DNA of 39,745 nucleotides from positions 1 to 39,745 of the forward strand of contig JAHLWZ010000945.1 in NCBI GenBank assembly GCA_020536535.1. Direction: 5' to 3'. Position 1 is the first letter of the stretch. The number at the start of each line of letters is the position of its first letter. The notes beneath the pieces were generated by a model. It saw nothing but the letters and a program-made list of their open reading frames with translations. It did not search any database and had not been told where the DNA came from. The DNA comes from Pelomyxa schiedti (Eukaryota; Protista; Evosea). Positions 34,287 to 39,745 of this stretch are shown in pieces. The translations under genes and the position numbers were made by a program.

Positions 34287-35554
34287 TTAGTTACCACTGG
34301 TTGGTGGCCGCGCAGTTGGATCCAAGTCCTTGTTTGTAATAAACCGGTTCCCCTCAGATTTGGTGCCAAGGTATACCTGTAGCGGTAAGTTAAACTGCAA
34401 CATCTTGGCGCTGGTACATACAAATTCTTGTTTGGCATACAGAACAGGGAATTCATTTGGGTCAATTGGAGTTGGAGGAGGTAGTGGTTTCAATGAGTTG
34501 ATGTCATAAGCGGATAATTCCGAATCAATTGCTTGTGGCTTGTATGCACACCATAAGTGTAATTATGAACTCTTGGAATATGAAAACATACTGGTGAGAG
34601 AGCAATGGGTTTGCTGACAACATACAGGTGCCCTCGTGTCGCTGCCTCGTTCCGCTCTGCAGCTAAAACAGGCCTGGAATCGAGGTACTTAAGGCGATTT
34701 AGACGGTAGATGATTCGGAGCCTAAGGGATGTGGGTTTTGGGTTTTGACTGGAGAGATAGAACCTGTAGCGGCGATAATCATCCTCGTCATCTGAAAAAT
34801 AAGGACAGATTGGGTTGTACAAAAGACTCAACCCAGTTAACTGCGGAAATCTTTCACCAGCAACGTCAAGTAATCCCTCCAAGTCAGTTAACTGAAAAAT
34901 TGTTAAGCACTAATACGGATCGTAAAAGGTAATTACCTGGTTTTTATTGAGGGAAAGAACTTTGAGAGTCTTGCTGGCTGGGAGATGAGAGCACTCTGTC
35001 AATTGGTTGTCATCGAGTATAAGCTCCGTCACATTTGTGAAGGCTTCAAGATTTTCTGTCGTTCTAAGAAGAGTGCGTTATTAAAATCTACTCCACTACT
35101 GTTAAACTATTACCATATTATAATAATAATATTTTTCTAAAGTATTCGTAATTCACTTGTAGTACATGTTCGTTAATTTTGAGTCAAAAGTTGCAAGTTA
35201 AATTTTGAGTATCGACGCCTCCAACCCGCACCGTATTGCGTTGTGGCTCAGCTCCAGAAACGTGATCTTGGACGCGAAGGCGGTCACGGATCTCGGCACG
35301 CAAGTAAGAGGCGGGTCGCGTTTGGCGAGAATGAGTCGGCCGTCGATCGGCTCCCGCAGCGCCATTTCCGCGGCGCCCGGCGACGACGAAGAAGCAGAAG
35401 AAACGATCGGCGCTGCAGTTTGTTGTTGTTGAGGCTGTTGCTGCGGATCTGTCGCTGCTGTGGTTGCTGTGCCGCTGCTGCTCGTTGTCGTCGACGACAT
35501 TGGTGATGTGGCTGTTGTCGAACTACTCGTTGTCGTCGTCGCGTCCGTCATCAT
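34287..35554 (-). CDS. LRMDA: Mirror copy of the LRMDA-like LRR protein
   Basis: Mirror of 4192-5459. Confidence 0.85.
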
Positions 35555-36850
35555 CTTCGTGACGATGGCTGTTTGGTTGTTTTTTTTTTTTTTCTTTTTG
35601 GGAGCATGAGAAGATCTACAGATCGTGGCCAATAACACCCGCGTCGATCTCATCCACGTGCAACACAACATTGCCTGGGAAACCAGTCACATCAGTGCCA
35701 GCAACCACTCTTGGTTGGAGTTTGTTAGATTCTGTAGGTGTGCCGAGGTAGATTGGTTTGGGATAGTGACCACCACACTGTGAGGTGCTGGGGTGTTGAT
35801 GGTTGTTGTTTTACTTGTGTAGTAAGGGAGAAAGAAGCCCGAATACAAACACAAGAGTTTATTGTTTATTACTTTAGCTTTTGCTCGCTATAACTACGAT
35901 GGTGTTGTTCCCGCCTTATAAAGGCGCTAGAATCAGTTCTAGGTGTCGCCTGAATCTCCCTCAGGGTCCCAACAGATTCGCGGTAGTTTTCCCAGAAATC
36001 CATCAGTGATTAGAACCGTACTTAGAACTACAGCAACGCGAAGTCACCTCGCCACAACACCCCCACCACAATTTCGGCAACACCTCCTGGTGTTGCGATT
36101 TAGCCTCTTGGTCATTGCTACACCTTCGCCTTGCTCCGCGCTGGCGAGTTCGTGGCACTAGCAACAATGAGGGTCCACAGCGCAGCCAATTGGACCCGGG
36201 GCCAGGCATCCTCTGCTGCCTTGCCCAACGCAGGGCCTCCCACCACCCCTGCATCACTGCATCCCGGAACGGCGCGTCTGCGCGCTGGGCGGCATCTACC
36301 TCTGGAGACTGGTGACGCGACACTCGGATTCGATCGATCAGACATATCGGGGAAACAAAGCCCAGGTGCCAGGGAAAAGCGCTCGTCACCCCCATTCCGC
36401 CAGAGCCCAATCCAGTGCATTGGGGAACCCGCCTCCCGTGGCTACACGGCCTTTTTTGGCTGGCGCAAGGGGGATGGATTCTAGGAGCTAGATATTAATT
36501 AGATTGTGGGATTACCAAGAACCTGCTGTTTTGTGTATAGTAAAAACCAAGTTTGTATTTTTTGATGATTTTGAAGCCAAATAATGGTCAAGAGTCATTG
36601 AGACATTGGGAGAAAGCCAAAATAGATCTTACATCACTGCAATGCGCTGTACATTGAAACCACATTGGGGGATCGTTCCCAAAGCCTCCCTGCTCAATTT
36701 CCCTGAAGAAAGGGATTATGGGATAAAGAGGACCCAACACCTTGTGTGGTTGGTCTCACATAATTAATTAACGAGTGTCTGACACAATTCCCTGCGTTGC
36801 TGACAGCACTCTTTCTGTTTCCACCCTGAACACCATTCAACAGAAAAAAA

Positions 36851-37761
36851 ATGGAACAGATTGTGGTGGTGCCAGCAACGGCAGGCGCGGGAACCGTCGA
36901 CGTGGTTGCAGATCCAACCGCCACAGCAGCACCAAATAGTCCTGCTGTTACAACGTTTAGTGTGGAGATCTGCGGCACCGGCGATGTAGTGGTTTTTTCT
37001 CCTTGTTGTTTTGTTTGTTTTGGTTTTTTTTCCCCTCTTTCTCCTCGTGGCTTGGTTTACATCTTTTTTTTTTTTTTGTTTTCTGTATGTTTCTTTGTGT
37101 AGATGTACTGCCACAAGGTCACGTCAATGAAAGTGCTTTATGTTTGTTTGGCGCTGTTACTCCTGCCTTCTCTCTTCCTTTACAAAGGCAGCGTTCTTAC
37201 TGAGATTATTATGGTGGCGGAAGCAATCGTTTTCGTACTTGTATTTGCCTTACTGAAGCGGTACTATTTTTACAACTGTTTGCCACGTTTATAACCCTGG
37301 CGATTAGGTACCGTGCTGTAAAAGAGGGCTCTGTATTGATGGCGATGCTTTTTGCAGCTAACTTACTTATTGTGGGCATTCCAGCCGTTAGTATATTGCG
37401 GGGCTGGTTTACCTGGAGCGGCGTTATGGCATCCACAATGGCATTTGTATATAGAGAGCGCATGAAGCTGGTGCATGCTCTTGGTGCCTACAAATGGCCC
37501 TGGGTTGTCGCCCTTGGGTGTGGAATCCTAATGCTACTCATGCGGGCTGTGGTATACATCTTCATGATTTGTGGACACCCTGTTTTACAGTCACTGTGGA
37601 GCACCTCAATCTTCTTGTTCTGTGTCACCCTTATGACTTGCTGTGCCGCCAAGCTACAGGACTCATTTGTGGTGAACTTCAAAGATGGGACAACAGCAGG
37701 GCTACTGCTCGCCACCATTTTCCAACTGATTTCACTCACAGGTGCCCTCTACACCCTCTAA
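36851..37761 (+). CDS. Mirror copy of the multi-pass membrane protein
   Basis: Mirror of 1985-2895. Confidence 0.7.
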
Positions 37762-38071
37762 ACATACCCCACTCCCATTTGGTTTTGTAATTGACCTACC
37801 AACAAACAAAAAAAAATTTTTCAATGGTCACATGAGATGGCAGTCACTAAAGTGAAGGTGGTCGCGAGTTGAAGAATTCTTCCACAGGCTGTGGTGGTGC
37901 TGCTGAAGTTCATTCTTCACAAGTACGCTCTAGTCTTGAGTTTGGGGGTATACTTTGCTTTGCTGGGTAGCACTGAGGAATCACACAGTGTGTGCACAAC
38001 CCTGCTGGTGGAGGTGTGGTGACGTGTCACTGAATCCCCAGAAGAAGGTGTCAGTCTTCTGTGTGGGTTGC

Positions 38072-39382
38072 TCAGAGGGCAATTTGGGGCCAAGGTGGAG
38101 ATTGTGGTCGTGGGTTCTTTTGTTCCTGCACCACAAACAAACCGTGGGTAGAGAGGCTTTGTCCAAGCAAATCGTTTTTGGTTGTTTCCAGTGAAAATAG
38201 CACTGCCCCTGTTATGATGTCATGGTAGTCAAGTCTACGCTCCCCTCTGGTTTCAACAAGGCCAAAGGAGGGAAGCACCCTCCTCTCCTTGCTATGGTGG
38301 CACACTCGCAGTGGTGCTCTCAAGTTAGAGGCGGTGTAAATGTATTGATAGTAGGCATCCTCCCCATCTCTTTCTGCAACTACATACGAGGGTTGTACAA
38401 GCATTATGTCTGAATAATCACTGTGAGGAAATACAACAGACTCGCCTGTGAGTGTGTTGTATAGAACTGTGGCCTTTGGTTCCCTTTTCACAATCTGGAA
38501 ATGGAGAGTGAGAAATCCTTCTGGTTGAAACTGCATGATGTCTCCACTAAGGAAGGAGACGCCACTTGGAGAAGGAACTATGTCCTTCCTTGTGTGAACT
38601 AATACACCACTGGAAAAGCTTGCTTCCAAATCAACAGATAGGACATGCCATCCTGACGGACTTACTGAAGCTAGAACAATCACATGATCGGCATCATGAC
38701 TCCAAGTCTGGAACCTGACTTTGAAAAGAAGGTAGCCCTTAAGGTCCAGCGCCACACAGTGGCTATCTGGGACACCATCTATGATGCGCCACACCCTCAT
38801 ACAAGGCCAATCTGTGCGTACGCTTCCAGCTGTGCACACCAACCACTTTCCATTGCTCTGGAATTGCCTCTTCATATTGTACGTGGGAATATTCTCAAGC
38901 ATACGCGCTCTGCGAGTAAACCTCCCATTGCCCTCGTTCATGAGAAATATTGGGGCAGCCACAGTATGGCTGTCAGGTGAAATCCAGTTGCCACACCCGA
39001 GGTAGCACCCAACGTCTGTACCGCAATGGCCCCAGAGCCCGGCAGTGCGTGACCCTGCCCCACTCAACAGGTGCACCCTGTGCCACACAACGCCCAGAGT
39101 GTGTGACACCCCAACAAATAACTCTGGACAGAAATCCAGAGTCTGCAGAAGCTGGGCCTCGGCGCCGCAGATTACCAGCCCGATGCGGCGCGCGCGCCGG
39201 ACGACCCACCTTTGCCCGATTTGGCAGGCGTCGAGCAGAACCTTGATTGCGGCGGCGCGTTCGCCAAGCAGAGACAGGCGCGGTACGAAAAGGGCCCCAC
39301 ATGCAAACGCAACAAATTGAGACCGCGCGTCCAACACACCTCGGAACGTAAGATGTAGGTCACCGCTGTTGTACGACGTCAT
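38072..39382 (-). CDS. Mirror copy of the terminal QFVA-family protein
   Basis: Mirror of 364-1674. Confidence 0.75.
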   Translation of the reverse strand: MTSYNSGDLHLTFRGVLDARSQFVAFACGALFVPRLSLLGERAAAIKVLLDACQIGQRWVVRRARRIGLVICGAEAQLLQTLDFCPELFVGVSHTLGVVWHRVHLLSGAGSRTAGLWGHCGTDVGCYLGCGNWISPDSHTVAAPIFLMNEGNGRFTRRARMLENIPTYNMKRQFQSNGKWLVCTAGSVRTDWPCMRVWRIIDGVPDSHCVALDLKGYLLFKVRFQTWSHDADHVIVLASVSPSGWHVLSVDLEASFSSGVLVHTRKDIVPSPSGVSFLSGDIMQFQPEGFLTLHFQIVKREPKATVLYNTLTGESVVFPHSDYSDIMLVQPSYVVAERDGEDAYYQYIYTASNLRAPLRVCHHSKERRVLPSFGLVETRGERRLDYHDIITGAVLFSLETTKNDLLGQSLSTHGLFVVQEQKNPRPQSPPWPQIAL

Positions 39383-39714
39383 CTTTTTGATTACACAGGC
39401 CCCTTGGGGAAACAAAGAAGTTTCTGATTTCGAGGAACCCTGCGATCGGTTCGGGTGATGAGCTCCAGCGGTAGCACCCCAACACCAGTGGCATCCCATA
39501 ACTCAAACGTGGCGGCGCCTCCGCCAACGGAGACGCAGGACAACGCGCAACCCATAATTGGGGAGCGCCACGCCCCGGCCAGCACCTCTACTTCCTCATC
39601 ACCAACAAAAGGATGTGAGGATAAAAAAAAGAAGAAAGAGGGTAGGAACGTGGACCCTAGGTTGTTTCCGCGAAGACATGTGGCTATTAAGATAGCCTAT
39701 GTAGGCTGGTATGT

Positions 39715-39715
<1 letters not shown>

Positions 39716-39745
<30 letters not shown>
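39716..39745 (+). repeat. Terminal poly(dT)30, mirror of the left end
   Basis: 30 consecutive T at the window end. Confidence 0.98.

Larger units (their letters stand above)
20044..39745 (-). repeat. Right arm of the window-wide inverted repeat
   Basis: Reverse complement of 1-19702; same evidence as the left arm. Confidence 0.97.

Noticed and set aside
1-39745. Extrachromosomal rDNA palindrome
   Set aside because: I recognised no SSU, 5.8S, LSU or 5S rRNA sequence; the arms are filled with protein-coding genes.
1-39745. Virus, Polinton/Maverick or transposon with terminal inverted repeats
   Set aside because: There is no polymerase, integrase, transposase, capsid or packaging ATPase ORF. 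The repeat covers the entire arms rather than the termini, and the genes are spliced housekeeping genes.

Overview
Eukaryotic nuclear DNA with short GT-AG introns. The whole window is one giant palindrome: 1-19702 is mirrored by 20044-39745 (position i pairs with 39746-i), with A30 at the left end, T30 at the right end and a 341-bp imperfect centre. Each arm carries the same genes: three paralogues of an uncharacterised family with an N-terminal 'A(R/S)xQF(V/A)A(F/L)A' motif (one frameshifted), a multi-pass membrane protein, an LRMDA/C10orf11-like LRR protein, a PARG with an atypical GGG-x7-MEE catalytic loop, ARP4/BAF53, an ankyrin-like repeat protein, a Sel1-repeat protein, and a scrambled relic of the Sel1/QFVA locus. 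The centre contains the first 39 codons of a fourth QFVA-family gene. That gene is cut off where the strand appears to have folded back onto its own upstream region at a short microhomology. This is the anatomy of a snap-back inversion. The simplest explanation is an amplification or assembly chimera, but a real palindromic amplicon or minichromosome cannot be excluded from sequence alone. An older, diverged relic at about 10.1-10.6 kb shows a similar inversion at a QFVA gene start. From memory the gene families resemble those of Pelomyxa-like amoebozoans; this is unverified.
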